A stretch of 64,000 nt of DNA from Marsupella aquatica (Eukaryota > Plantae > Marchantiophyta). A program made the translations under genes and the position numbers. The DNA lies in contig OZ316897.1 of assembly GCA_973895155.1 (NCBI GenBank), forward strand, positions 5,467,227 through 5,531,226, in the 5' to 3' direction. The stretch's first letter is position 1. The number at the start of each line of letters is the position of its first letter. Below are positions 35,529-48,517 of this stretch, piece after piece. The notes beneath the pieces are model-generated. The model was not told where the DNA came from, made no database searches, and worked only from the letters and a program-made list of their open reading frames with translations.

Positions 35529-36540
35529 CTAGCGCCGGGCCCTAGTCCGCTCATTGGTCGATGAGCCACATTCATCGTTCACTCCAGCATGAGATCGGGC
35601 TCTATCTGGAATGAAACCGTGCTCACGGTTCCTCACAAACGCCATCGACGGAACTCGCTCATCACCGGTTTGGGGAAACACGCCAGGAATGGTCGTGTTC
35701 TGGAAATCAACACGGCCAAGTTCTTCCTGTTTCCTCATCTCATCCTCCCGAGTTGGACTGTAAAGAGGAGGTGGTCAGTGAATCGTAAACCGCTCTGCAA
35801 ATCTCCTAGGCGGAGAATCCCTCAGCCATGGGATCAGATTGTCACTAGGACTAATGGCTTCGTCTTGGGGGAGACTAAAACGGTTGCAGAAAGCACTTGT
35901 CTCCTACCATTCAGGCTGCTCAGTTTCTGGAACCGAGCCCTCCTCCAAAATGATTGTGGTGTGTCTTTGAAAAGAGGCCACGGAGATTCTCCTCGGGTTA
36001 TTCATGGTATGACACCTCTAGGCAGCGGATGGCAGATTCAAAGATATAGTTGTCAATACGACCCCGATCAGCGAAAGAGCTCAAAGATTATCGAAAGTGG
36101 GAACAGAAACCACTAAAGCAGTAGCGAAACTAGGTAGTCGGGATGTAATCTCCCAAGTATTATAAGCAAACCCGTTCGACCTGGATACGCCCATCGTAAT
36201 GAGGGAGGGGGTGGAGGTTGCATCCTCAAAGTCCCCAAACTACCGGTTCAACATGGAACGGTCACTCCCATCTCACATGATAGTTGCAACGTTTACCTTC
36301 GTCTCCATTCAGAAACGGTCGACCAAAACCAGTATTGGAATCCTGAAATGTTTCAGGCATCCAAAGTCCCGTTGTGACGTGAAGTGACCGTTTGGATGAG
36401 AAAAATCCGGTCCCAGCTCACATGCGAGTCGCGACAGGCCGAACGAACTTAGAACGGGACAAAAGATTACCTCAAAACTTCCACTGACGTCATCCAGAGC
36501 GTACTGGAGAATCATTGTAAGATTGCCTTGACCGTCATAC
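35529..36540 (-). pseudogene. Possible degraded third gene of the MULE
   Basis: ORFs 36309-36515 and 35529-35738 share a frame. The ~7 stops read by eye across ~335 codons are all TGA/TAG. Flanked by palindromes at 35530 and 36549. Confidence 0.3.
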
Positions 36541-37036
36541 AGTTATAGTAGTGCCCGACGCTAATATTACAATATTAAAATGTTTACGTTACTAACAGAA
36601 GGAACAAACAAAACAGTTGTTGCTGACATGTGGAAAACACTTAACAGACAATGTTTCCGAAATATGTTTTAGTAGCGCCAGGCGCTAGCATAATGCAATT
36701 GAGAAATAGAGCCAACATATACTGAGTTTCAGGTCGCTTGTTTTCGACCACTCGGAATGTCCAGTCTTAGGAAGTAAACTGATCCTAAAAAATGGACAAA
36801 AACGAAATTGAAAAATATGCGGGTATATGATCATGGACATTAAATTATGGTAGCAACACGCGCTACCATAAAAACATTGCAATATAGAGAACATAATAGA
36901 ATAAAGATACACCACAAAAGTATCCAATGTATCGAATACATTTGAATAAACAATGTTTCCAGGTTACATAACAGTAGCGCCCGGCGCTAGTATAACTTCA
37001 GTGTATATAAATCCCAAAATACCCTTTCGAGGCAAA

Positions 37037-40000
37037 TCAATCTGAGAGTTCTGATTCACTTGACTCGGACTTGTCGGTGGATTCTGCCTCCATGTCTAAA
37101 AATTTGTTCTCGGCCATATCATCAACATATCGACTACGAATAAATTTTCTATCAGACCCTCTCCTTAATCTCAAACCTTTATGCTCCCAATGGAGGGTCT
37201 GCACACTATCAGCTCGTCTAGCAATATTCTCAGCATAGGAAGGTAGTACAAATGGTTTCTTGGGAGTTTTAATATATCGCCTAGCTACTTTCCTTCTGAG
37301 TTGGAAACGCCGGCAAAGATTCCAGTCTGACCTGAGGACGAGAAGTTTAGGGTTTTATGTCAACGCCAAGAATATTTTAAAAAATGAAAAAAAATGAGAA
37401 ATCAAAGAGAGAATAAGGTAATCTACTAAAAAACTGGGTTTACTTAAGAGCTTACTCGGAAGCTTCTTACTCAGAAGAGTCTCCGCTGTCACTCCCTCCA
37501 TTAGATCCTGGATCTTCTCCGATAAGAGACACTTTGGGAATGTTAGGATCCTCCTCTTCTTCCCCCTCTTCTGTCTCATCCTCATCTTCAGAATCAAAAT
37601 TTAAGACAGACTTTAGTTTGTCTATTTTTCATTTTGAAATTGAAGACTTTGGAGGGGCTTTGGGCTCAGACTCTTTTGGAGTAAGAAGATCCAGAAATAC
37701 CTTAGAAGCGGTTTCAACAAACTCCTTCCTATTCTCGAGTCCAATTACAAATCGACCACAATTATCACCTGCAACAAATGTACTCCCCGAACCTACAGCC
37801 CAATCCAGAACAATATCTCCTGGACACGTAATTAGTTCCAACACAGACTGCATGAATCTTGGATGTAGTCTGGCATTCCCGGCAAATTCAAGCTCTGGAG
37901 TTGTATCAACCTTCACGAAGGGAAGTCCAATCAGATTTGTAATGGAAGGATCCTCTATTTTTGAAAGGGGTTTGAACTTAGGATCTTTTGGGACTTTCAC
38001 CTTGGATGATATCCGCGAAAATACATCCAAACGTAAAGTGAATACCTGAAAAGGGAACAAAATAGAGGAAGGACCCTCAGATTACAATAGCGTCGGGCGC
38101 TAGCAAATAATCCAAAAAAGCACGTTGAATAGTTTACTTGAAATAAGGTGAAATAAAAAAAGAAAGTAATACATAATATGAATAGCGCCTGGCGCTAGCA
38201 AAAGGATCAACGAAATTACCTGTAAATCAGACTTCGCTTTGTACATTGGGAACCCCATGACGACATTATGTGTACATAGACACTGGAATTTCTTGGACTC
38301 TTGACAAGCGGAGATGACCTGCGAAATTTGATCATACTCCCCTGTCAACACCTTGCAATGGGGCTTAACTCTTCACTAGAGTTAAATCTACCACTATTGC
38401 CCGTTCTTATCATTGTTCGGGTTTCTAGGACGGGCGAATAGCACGACAGTAGGTCACTTTCCCTTAATCTCTCTCTTCTTCTTCACTCACACACCCAACT
38501 GGGTAATTTTACTTCCACCGCTGGAAAGATAACCTTGAAGGGTGGTTATCACTCCCCTGCTCTCCCACTGGGAAACACTCCCAATACCCCACTCCCGATC
38601 TCAACACGGTCAGTGGACACCCACAAGCTGTCCCCGCAGACTCCTTACATAATCGTCACCCAAGAGAGTACCCTATTTTCTTCACAAAGGACTGCAGGAT
38701 TACCACTTGCTATCCCAACAAGACAAGTGCTGACCCTGCTCTCATCCTCAAGCTTCAAGCTTCACCTCTCCGGTATCAAATCACACCTGAGTCCACATAC
38801 ATGCTCACTGGTTCGACATCTCACTAGACAGCTGCTTCAAGACTGAGGGTTACATGCAAGTCTTTACTAGAGAGAATAGAAATAAGTTCAGATCACAACA
38901 CCTCCCTTGACCTTCTCCTTGCTGCCTACCTAGTGGACTAGTTCACTGTTCCCCCCTTCCTAGTGCCTCAAGCTCATGCTGCTGCTCTCCAAGGAAGAGC
39001 CCAGCCCCCAAGCTCCCAGCCTCTAAGAAAGTGGACAGCTGAACAAGTGAGGAGACAGCCCCCCGCTTCTCCTCTTTATTTCCACGCCAAACCAAACCAA
39101 GCCTAAGGTGCTAACTCAGGTTAGTAGTTACGGCAAACTTACTACTTTCTTGCTAAAGTTTAACCCGGGTTAAATCTCTATTTTACCGCAGGTTAACTTA
39201 ACTACAACCAGTACTATGGTTTCCACACAACACCTGACCAGCTGCAACCTCTCGGTGAGACGAGTAACCAGGGTACCCCCTTCGGTAACTCTTACAACTA
39301 ACCGCGCGAGTTGCAAACTAACTGGAACACAATATTTCTCACGGTAACAACTCCAAGTTTGGCCTACAACTGAGGGTTAATACGTCACTGAGTTTCAGGT
39401 TACCACTGAGTCTCGGGTTTTGCCACTGAGACTCGGGTTACCACAGAAGTACAGGTCACCTTTTACACAGTTGTAAACTTACCCAAATAGTACAACTACC
39501 GCTTGAGTTGGTTCCAACTAGAATGTTGGCATTAGCAGTTATTCTATGGCTACTGTGCGAGTGCAAGGCCGAGCTATCTAGCAACAACTCATCGTATACC
39601 AGCACCCCTCAAGTGTTGGGCTTCATAATAGCCCGACAACTTATTACAAATAGTGGTTTTCAAGCCTTCATGAAAACTCCTTAGCATATCCTATTGGAAT
39701 AAAAATGGTTTCCCGGGCCTCCATGAAGTTGAGGCACCCCTGCTGGGCCCTCCCCTGGTCTTCCTGGTCCCCCTGCTAGCCTAGACCCGGCCTCAAAGTC
39801 CTTCAAATGGCCCAGAACCAATGCTGCCACAAGCTTAATTAGAGTTGCTACGAATTCCTTAAACGAAGAGCTAAGAACGCTCCCTTGGTATCCCGAATGA
39901 AGTCCCTAGCAAACAGCAGGTCGCGAGTTCAAGCCCAGCCGCTGACAACCAACTACCAGGTAAGTTTTGGCAAAGACCACCCCCTTTTCCTCCTTTCGCG

Positions 40001-42211
40001 AAGACTACTCGCGAAATGCAAATTTTTTTCTCCTCCCTTCACAAGTCGCGAGCAGCGGCGAAGTGCTGCTGCTTCATGCTCTCCCTGGCAGCTACTCCAT
40101 AGCTCATAAATCAGCAAGCTCACCTCCGCAACATTGACTTCTATCAGCCTAGCTCCCAAGCTCTACTTCCCCATAGCTATTCAGCAGCACTAAGCTGCAA
40201 CGAGTCAGCTCTATCCCGCAGTGTAGCTTTTCAGCCAATCTTAGCTGCAGCAGCGGCTCTCCATAGCTTAGCAGCAAAGAGCTCAGCAACAATTTCTTGA
40301 TTAGAGTTTCTCCTATCAGAGCTTCGACTGATCAGCAGCATGAAGCTCCAGCATCGAGCTTCTCATAGCACTAAACTATCCTCAGCATCAGGGCAGCATT
40401 CAATCTTCCAATAGCTTCGAGCCAGCAGTAAGGTTGCTTCCAGTCCGCAGCAGCAAGTCCAGGACAGCAGCTTCAAGTTCAAGTAGCAGCGAGTAGCAGG
40501 ATCAAATTTTCTTCAGCAACATCAAGCTTTAGTGAAGTAGGACCAGGACTACTCAATAGCGCAGCAGCCATGACGAGTTCAATGGCAGCACAACACCACT
40601 CTCTTCAGCAGCGAGTTCCCCAACAGCGGACTCCAACAATACAAAGCTTCAGGCAATTACCAACAATTTCCCCATTAGCAACCAAGCTTCAATTGCAGCG
40701 GCACGAAATTGAATCTTTTGCCACCACTAGATTGCCCGGGGGATGAGATTTTCTTATCCCAAGAGTTCCTTCCAACACCACAGAGTTTCTCCCGGTAGCT
40801 CAATTCAATTCATGCCTTACCTTCAGGCAATTTCTGTGGTTCCTCTGCTTCTCCCGAGTCAATTCACATTGTCCTTATAGAAGGATGTTCGTTTCCCTTA
40901 ATTACACCCTTGAATTTCTGCCTGATTGTTGCTGCTCCTTCCTTGGCTTCTACGTAGATTGTCCCTGCATTTTGTATCCTTATGAGAAGGACTCCCATGA
41001 TGACACCTGGCTCCTAGACAAACTCCCGTAGCACTACTTGCTTTGTACTCAGAACTCGCCCCTACTTCTATGGTATCCCGTCTTAAGTGTACTTATAACA
41101 AAGCTCCAGTTTCATAAATCTCCAGCATTGTGCCCTGCCCTCCATTTTGTCTGAAATTTTGCCAGTGTGTCCCTTGAACCTAAGACTATCTACTTACTGG
41201 ATTTCCAGGTCTAACTCTATTTGGAGACTTTTCTATAATTCTGCAGAGTAGACCATTTGTTACTTTCTACTTTTACTTCTTGAGATTTCCTAACCTATCC
41301 TAATTCAACTAGACTTTAACTAAGACCTTCCTAACTATCACTACTTAATCTCCTTGACCCATTGTGCATCAGTTTACTTACTTTAACCTTACGTCTACTT
41401 CTAACTGGGGTTATTTCTAACTATAGTTAGTCCATTTTTAACTTTAGTTAAAACTACTACCTAATTTGGCATCCGACATCCCCCGTATGGAGTATCGCAA
41501 TAATTCCGTCATCCGACAAAAAAGGATCCATTGCCCGGAAAAAGGATCGGGGTAGGGTACAGTCGGGGACGTTCCATTTAGGGACCTTTTTGTCAAGCAA
41601 AGTCGGTTTTAGCCCAGTTGGCAAGTAAATAAAACCAGCGTCAACACCAAAAGGTCTTTGCTTCCCACCCCTCACCACTCCTTTCAGCCGGCATCCCAGA
41701 TTTGATCAGGTCTTTCCCCCACTTTTCGGCATCATTTACCCATTCCGGCTTCTCCTCCTTATTAAACACACTGTCCACAAGTTCACTGACATTGGTCTCA
41801 ACGAAACAATGACGAGATGACTTGGCTTCAAAATCCCCAACATCACGTTGGAGCCCAGTGAGAGCCTGAGAATCCCGTTATGATTGTCCAGCATCTCGAG
41901 TCCTTCTGCTTTTCTTTTCTGTACTGGTTGCATCGACTGGGACAATCGATTTCCCAGAATTAACTGGTGTAAGTGGATCTGGCAAAGCGCCAGTATTTGC
42001 TTCTGAAGCTTCTGGGGTAACCTTCGTATCATCTGTGCCATCTACATCTGACTTCTTTTGACCTATGAACATATTGCAAAGAATGTGGGATTAGGGCCTT
42101 CAAGCAAACACTGATGAAGATTGAAACACAAGAATGGCAGCGCCAGGCGCTAGCAAACATTTGAAAAAAAGATTGAAAACTTACGTTTCTTTCCAGATCG
42201 CGTGGAGGCAC
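37037..42211 (-). pseudogene. N4C/N6A methyltransferase-like gene, copy B (3' exons)
   Basis: Exon remnants 42211-42185, 42062-38220 (split by solo LTR), 38045-37471 and 37331-37037. The two introns visible in both copies are at the same positions as in copy A. VDAGFIYLPTG; ITCPGDIVLDWAVGSGSTFVAGDNCGRFVIGLE; acidic tail. Premature TGA at 37629. Confidence 0.8.
38343..41478. mobile_element. 3136-bp solo LTR
   Basis: TGTC...GACA ends with TSD TCCCC (38338-38342 and 41479-41483). Splits the codons ILHTG/EYDQ. Confidence 0.9.
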
Positions 42212-45200
42212 TATGATGCCTAGCCAGGAATCACTCGGCCAGTTAAGTGGGTAAAGCAGGAATGCACCCTAGAAACACCTTAGTATAGGGACAAAACAAG
42301 GAAAATATAAACAATTAGGGGCGACTATGGAACCCGGGCCGAGGCCGGAGGTAAGGACGCTGGGGGTGAAAACAAGATTAGGGTTAGGGCGCGCTAAGCA
42401 TCGGCAGCTAGGAAGGATCAACGGAAGGAAGGACCGGAAGAGGAGAGGGGTAAGGACCGCTCGCGAGGAATAGTGGCTCATTTGCAAGAACGAACTGGGC
42501 AGACGACTACGGGAGGCCAAATGCTGTCAGCTGCTTAGACAAGCACTCGGGGTGGGAACAGATACCAACGATCGACTCAAGGAGGGTATGAGCAACGTCA
42601 ATCAAGCGGCACATTTCTGGGGATGCCTGTTCGAACGGGCAACTGAGTACATCAAGACTTACAAGGACGAAGAATCAGAAAGGGTAGCTCGAGAATGACA
42701 GGAGCTCACTCGATTGTGGGAGCTGCAGAAGACGGCTTTCTTAGGAGGCGAACTCATCAAGGCCGAGTTCTTGTGGACTCCTACTTCCAATCAGCTCGAC
42801 GATCTTCTGTTTTGCGAAGACAGAATCATCGGCATTCGAGAGGCCATCAAGAACTGCAACGACATACACTGGGAATTGAAGGGTAGCACGGAAAGGTGGA
42901 CCCAGGCAACGGTGCTAGGAGAAACCTCCACGGCAGCAGAGATGAAGAGGAAGAGAGCCGTCAACGATGAAGCCACCCCGGCAAAAAGAACGAGGTCGGC
43001 GGCACCAAAGAAGCCAGCCGAGCAGCAGAGCAGGAGGCAGGGAGAAGCCGAAGAGGAGGAGGTCGATCCCATCAATGCCATTCCAACCAGGGATGACACC
43101 TGGAAAGGCTGGGCGGCAACCCTACCAGTGGAGGTGCAACTACATTTTGCACGGGAGGAGGATGCATGCTTTACGGCCATGCAGACCAAGAAGTACCAAG
43201 GCTTCATGGTCGGATCCGGCTTAGAGGCCTTTGTAAGATTACCATGGCTGAAGCCGGAGGTGCCGGATTCAGACCTATTAGAATTCGTGGGGTCATGGGA
43301 ACCCAAGACCAATTGCACGAGGATATATGGGAAGGATTTCTATCTTACTCCCAAGGTGATTGCCGAAGTGTTTGGCTTGCCGATAGGCAATAAGACCAAG
43401 GTTGATACCAGGAAGACCTTGCCTGACAAAGAGTTCTGGTCGTTCCCCGGGCCATCAACGAAGAATGGCTTCTTCCGGAACACCTGCACCAACCCGCACA
43501 TAGGAGAGATGATAGACTTCTTGCGGGTGACCATGCATTGTAACTTGCCGAGGGCAAAGATCGGCAAGGCACATGTCTATCTGGCAGAGAGGCCAGACCC
43601 AAGCCGGGACTACACCGGGTACCTCCTCAACCAATTGAAGAAAATCTTAAAGGAGGAGCAGCAGGTAATCGGCATGGGGAGTGTGTTGCGGCTTGGCTAT
43701 CACATGTCGCTGTTGTGCCGGTATGCCAGAGGTCAGACCTTTGCCCTAGTACTTCCCCTGCAGGTAAGGGTACCCGAGGAAGCTCCAGCACCGAGGCCGG
43801 TAGCAGAGAAGCCTCAACCACCTATTAGCCCTACAATTGAGCAGGTGTTTAGGCCAAGGAAGGAAGACTTGCCAATGCAGCAACCAAGCATGCAGAATCT
43901 GCTGAAAATGCTGGAGAAGGAAAAGATGATACCGGCACCGGCTTCGGCAGCGGCACCAATACAGGACACGGCCCCAGAGGTCAACCTAAGCAGACTTAGA
44001 AGGGAAAACTCCTTTACCGAAAACAAGGAGAGAATCAGGCCAGAATCCAAGCCGGGTGTTCGAATGTACGTGGGAGTCTCAAGCTCTGAATCTGAGGCAG
44101 AATTGCCTGAAGCTCCTACCGACGAGGAGGAGAGGGAGAAGCCGGAAGTCCAAGAAGTAGAGGAGGCAGTGGAGGACTGCAGCCATGATAACTCCGGCTA
44201 TGGGTCGGACCATCACGTTCCAGGAGTAAGGACCTATGGCCGGTTTATCCCCACACTTCCAAGGGTAGTACGAGGGGACCCCAACCAGCAGAGTAGCCCT
44301 GAGTCTCCCCCACCAGATGTTGCTCCCCCGAGCTTTGACGGCATAAAGCAGACGGCACAGGAATTTCAGGAGCGACTTAGGGAAGCAGAAAAGGCAGCCC
44401 TGGCTAGGGAAAAGGATTTGCCAGGAGGAGATTGGCCGGAGGACATCAGGCCGCTAGCCGAAAAAGGAAGCAAAACTCTAGCCATGATTGAAGAGATCCG
44501 CAGGACGGCTTGGGAGCAGAGGCCACGATGGTCGATGCCGATCACTTCTACTTACTCCACCTATGCTAAGAATAGAGCCGTGGAGTATGGTGAGATATGT
44601 GGGGAACTTGCGCTCGGCATCTTTGGGGAGGAGTTGGAGGTAGGACCCTTTTTCCATAGGGAGCAGTTGGAGAAGCACCAATTAGAAGAAGCGGTGGCTT
44701 TAGAGAGAAGCAAGAAGGACGAGGTCATCTGGCGGCTTAGGAGGATGAAAGCCGAGATTGAAGATCTAAGGGCGGCCAAGAAAGCCCAAGATGAACTGCG
44801 GATTAAGCGGCATGAGCTGAACATCATGCAGGGGCAGTTGGACACCGCGCAGGCTGATAATCAGATTATCAAGGATAAACTGACTCAGACATAGGGAGAA
44901 TTGGCCGACGCAATCAAGGACAGGGAGAAATGGAAGAAGGAGCTGAGAGACGCAGAGGAAGCCCATATAGCAGTCAACAACCGGGTCACGGCGGAGACTC
45001 AGAGAAGGGAGAGGGCGCTGAAGGAAGAGCTCGAGGTCATCCGCAGAACCCTTGAGCAGAAGGAGGCCGAGTTAGGGAAATCCTATCAAAGGATTATTGC
45101 GCTACAGTAGGAGCTTGCGTCCCTAACGGCCAGCTTCAAGGCCGACCTGCGGGAGAAGGACGCCCAGCTCGACCAGACTTATGCCAAGATGAATAACATG

Positions 45201-46539
45201 GAGTCTGAGGTCGTAGCGGAGCTCGACAAGGAGCTAAGAGCAACCCAGGAGGAGAGGGCTACCACCAAGAAGGAATTGGAGGAAGCCCACAGGGAATTGG
45301 AGGAAGCCAAAAACAAGCTGGAGGAGGCACGTAAGGACCTGGATGAGACCCAGGAGGAGTTGGAGGAAATCACGAGGAAGATGGAGAACCTACAGCGGCG
45401 GGCCGACAACCAAACAGAGCGGCTGAAGAAACAAGCCGCAATATTTAAATGCTTAGCTGCATCAGGTCCATCTCCCGTTGGGGCAAACCAGTTACCAGGG
45501 GTGGTAATTGCCGAAGGACCAGCCGTGACACACGGCCCGGTGCCGGACGTTGGCGGCAAGGGGAAGGAACCAACTATGGAGATAGTGAAGAAGAAGAAGC
45601 GGAAACCTTCGGGGCCCGGAGGTTATTCGACCCCTCAAGCCGTACTCAAACCGGCACCAACCTCCGGCATGAACACGGCAATAGATCCCGCTATCACCAA
45701 AGGTGGGGATGGCGCGGCCCAAGCCGAACTACTCAGTAATGAGGCCGGTATCCCAGATCCACCTCTTGAGCAGGCCGGGGAGGCCGTAGCCGAGGCTGAG
45801 GCCGTAGCCGAGAATGATTCCCGAGCCGATGCCGAAGCCAAGGGTGGGCCCAGTCAGGCCGATGGAGAGTTGACTCAGTCAAGGACAGGTAATCTGTCAG
45901 GGAACGAACCAACGGCAGTGGCTGAGGAGGAAGCATTGGGGGCGTCCATTGAGGATCCACCACCGGTGTCATGACGGTGCAAGGGCGTCGTTCCTTTTAG
46001 GAAGGGCGGACGTGGAGGTAGGAGGCGTGAGTGGGCAGGGCGGGCGCTGATCTCCAAGTTTAGGATTAGGATCAGGACCAGGAGCGGCCCTGACACTTAG
46101 CTTAGTGGGATTGCGGTTCCACTGGTAGGAGCAACACTTGTGCTCCTGCCTTGCTGTACATAGGTAGATCCGGGCAGATAGATTACTGTTAGGTAGATTA
46201 GGCTTATGCTGCAAAGAATTAGGTGGATCCACTACCAGGATAAGTACCTGGGCAGCGGGGACCTCAGGGCCTCTTCTTTAAGCAAGTTTTTAGTTTGCAC
46301 CAGCCGGGCTGGGATCAAGTAGTAAGAGAAGCTCTCGGTTAGTCATACAATGACCCTTGTGTATATTCATGTTTCCTCATGCCTAAGAGCTGAATAGAGT
46401 TGGCCTCACGACTTAGTTCGCAGAGCTTGTGTATGAGATGTACTGTTTGTATGGCAAGCGCATGGTATGACTCAGTCAGAAGGAGTCATTTTGCTATTTG
46501 TGTGTCGCATTAACTTGTGTGAAGAGTGCCCACATCAAC
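42212..46539 (+). mobile_element. Second copy of the ORF-containing LTR (3' ~360 bp missing; ORF with premature stops)
   Basis: Colinear with 27058-31334. ORF pieces 42714-44894, 44901-45110 and 45189-45974. Begins TATGATGCC. Confidence 0.85.
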
Positions 46540-48468
46540 CAACAGAGGAGGCTGTCCTCTCCCTCTGCTCTCCACGGGAAGGAGCCTTAGGCTGCTCTGC
46601 CTCCGATTCGGGGCTTGAGGCTCCCACATACATTCGCACTCCCGGCTTGTGTTCCAGCCTCCTTCTTTCTTTGGCTCCGGTAAAGGGGTTTTCCCTCCTG
46701 AGTCGGCTTAGGCCGGCCTCTGGGGCAGTGTCCTGTACCGGTGCCATTGCCGTTGCTGGTGCCGTTCTCTCCTTCTCCAGCATTTTCAGCAGATTCTGCA
46801 TGCCTGATTGCTGCATCGGCAAGTCTTCTTTCCTTGGCCGAAACACCGGCTCGATCGTAGGACTGGCATGCTGGTTGGGCTCTTCTGTTGCCGGTCTCTG
46901 CTCTGGAACCTCCTCCGGTGCCCTTGCCGATAGGGGAAGTACTGGGGCAAAGATTTGACTTCTGGCATACCGGCACAACAACGGCATGTGATAGCCAAGC
47001 CGGGACACGCTTCCCATGCCGATCACCTGTTGTTCCTCCTTCAAGATCTTCTTCAGTTGGTTGAGGAGGTACCCGTTGTAATCCCGGCTTGGGTCTGGCC
47101 TTTCTGCCAGGTAGACCTGAGCCTTGCCGATCTCTGCCCTCGGCAAGTTAAAATGCATGGTCACCCGCAAGAAATCGATCATCTCTCCGATGTGCGGGTT
47201 GGTGCAGGTGTTGCGGAAGAAGCCATTCTTCGTTGATGGTCCTGGGAACGACCGGAACTCCTTGTCAGGTAAGGTCTTCCTGGTATCAACCTTGGTCTTA
47301 TTACCCATCGGCAAGCCAAACACCTCGGCAATCACCCGGGGAGTGAGATAGAAATCCTTCCCATACACCCTCGTGGAATTGGTCTCGGGTTCCCATGATC
47401 CCACGAATTCTAATAAGTCTGAGTTCGGCACCTCCGGCTTCAGCCATGGTAATCTTACAAAGGCTTCCAAGCCGGATCCGGCCATGAAGCCCTGGTACTT
47501 CTTGGTCTGCATGGCCGTAAAGCATGCATCCTCCTCCCGTGCAAAATGTAATTGCACTTCCTCTGGTAGGGTCGCCGCTCAGCCTTTCCAGGTGTCATCC
47601 TTTGTTGGAATGGCATTGATGGGATTGACCTCCTCCTCTTCGGCTTCTCCCTGCCTCCTATTCTGCTGCTCTGCTGGCTTCCTTGGTGCCACCGACCTCA
47701 TTCTTTTTGCCGGGGTGGCCTCTTCATTGTTGTTTCCTTTCCTCTTCATCTCGGCTACCGTGGATGTTTCTCCTAGCACAGTTGCCTTTGTCCACCCTTC
47801 CGTGCTACCCTTCAACTCCCAGTGCGCGTCGTTGCAGTGGTTGATGGCTTCCCGGATGCCGACGATTCTATCTTCGCAAAATAGAAGGTCATCGAGCTGA
47901 TTGGCAGTAGGAGTCCACAAGAACTCGGCCTTGATGAGTTCTCCTCCTAAGAAGGCAGACTTCTGCAGCTCCCATAGTCGAGCGAGCTCCTGCCGTTCTC
48001 GAGCTGCTCTCTCCGATTCTTCGTCCTCGTAAGTCCCAATGTACTCAGTTGCCCGTTCGAACAGGCATCTCCAAAAATGTGCCGCTTGATTGACGTTGCT
48101 CATACCCTCCTTGACTCGATCATTGGTATCTATTCCCACCCAGAGTGCTTGCCTAAGCAGCTGACAGTATTTGGCCTCCCGTAGTCGTCTGCCCAGTTCG
48201 TCCTCTCCTCCTCTGGTCTTCTCCTCTCCTCCTCTCCTCCTCTCCTCTTCCCTCCCGTTGGTCACCCCTAGCCGCCGACGCTTAGCGCGCCCTAACCCTA
48301 ATCGTGTTCTCTCCCCCAGCGTCCTTACTTCCGGCCTCGGCCCGGGTTCCATAGTCACCCTTAATTGTTTATATTTTCCTTGTCTTGTTACTATACTAAG
48401 GTGTTTCAAGGGTACACTCCTGCTTTTACCATGTAAACCAGCCTAGTGATTCCTGGCTAGGCATCATA
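46540..48468 (-). mobile_element. Third copy of the ORF-containing LTR, inverted and 3'-truncated
   Basis: ORFs 47579-48409 and 46535-47557 match the 1113-aa protein. Terminus TATGATGCC on the minus strand at 48468. Confidence 0.85.
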
Positions 48469-48517
48469 TTGTTCAACTCGACCAGATAATAACTTTGATA
48501 AATCTCCTACAATTGTT

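Larger units (their letters stand above)
34707..42211. mobile_element. MULE copy B (left terminus GGGGTATTTAC; right part lost)
   Basis: LTR homology stops abruptly at 34706. ACAGGAAAC subterminal repeats follow. Has 9 good palindromes and a second copy of the MTase-like gene. Confidence 0.7.
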
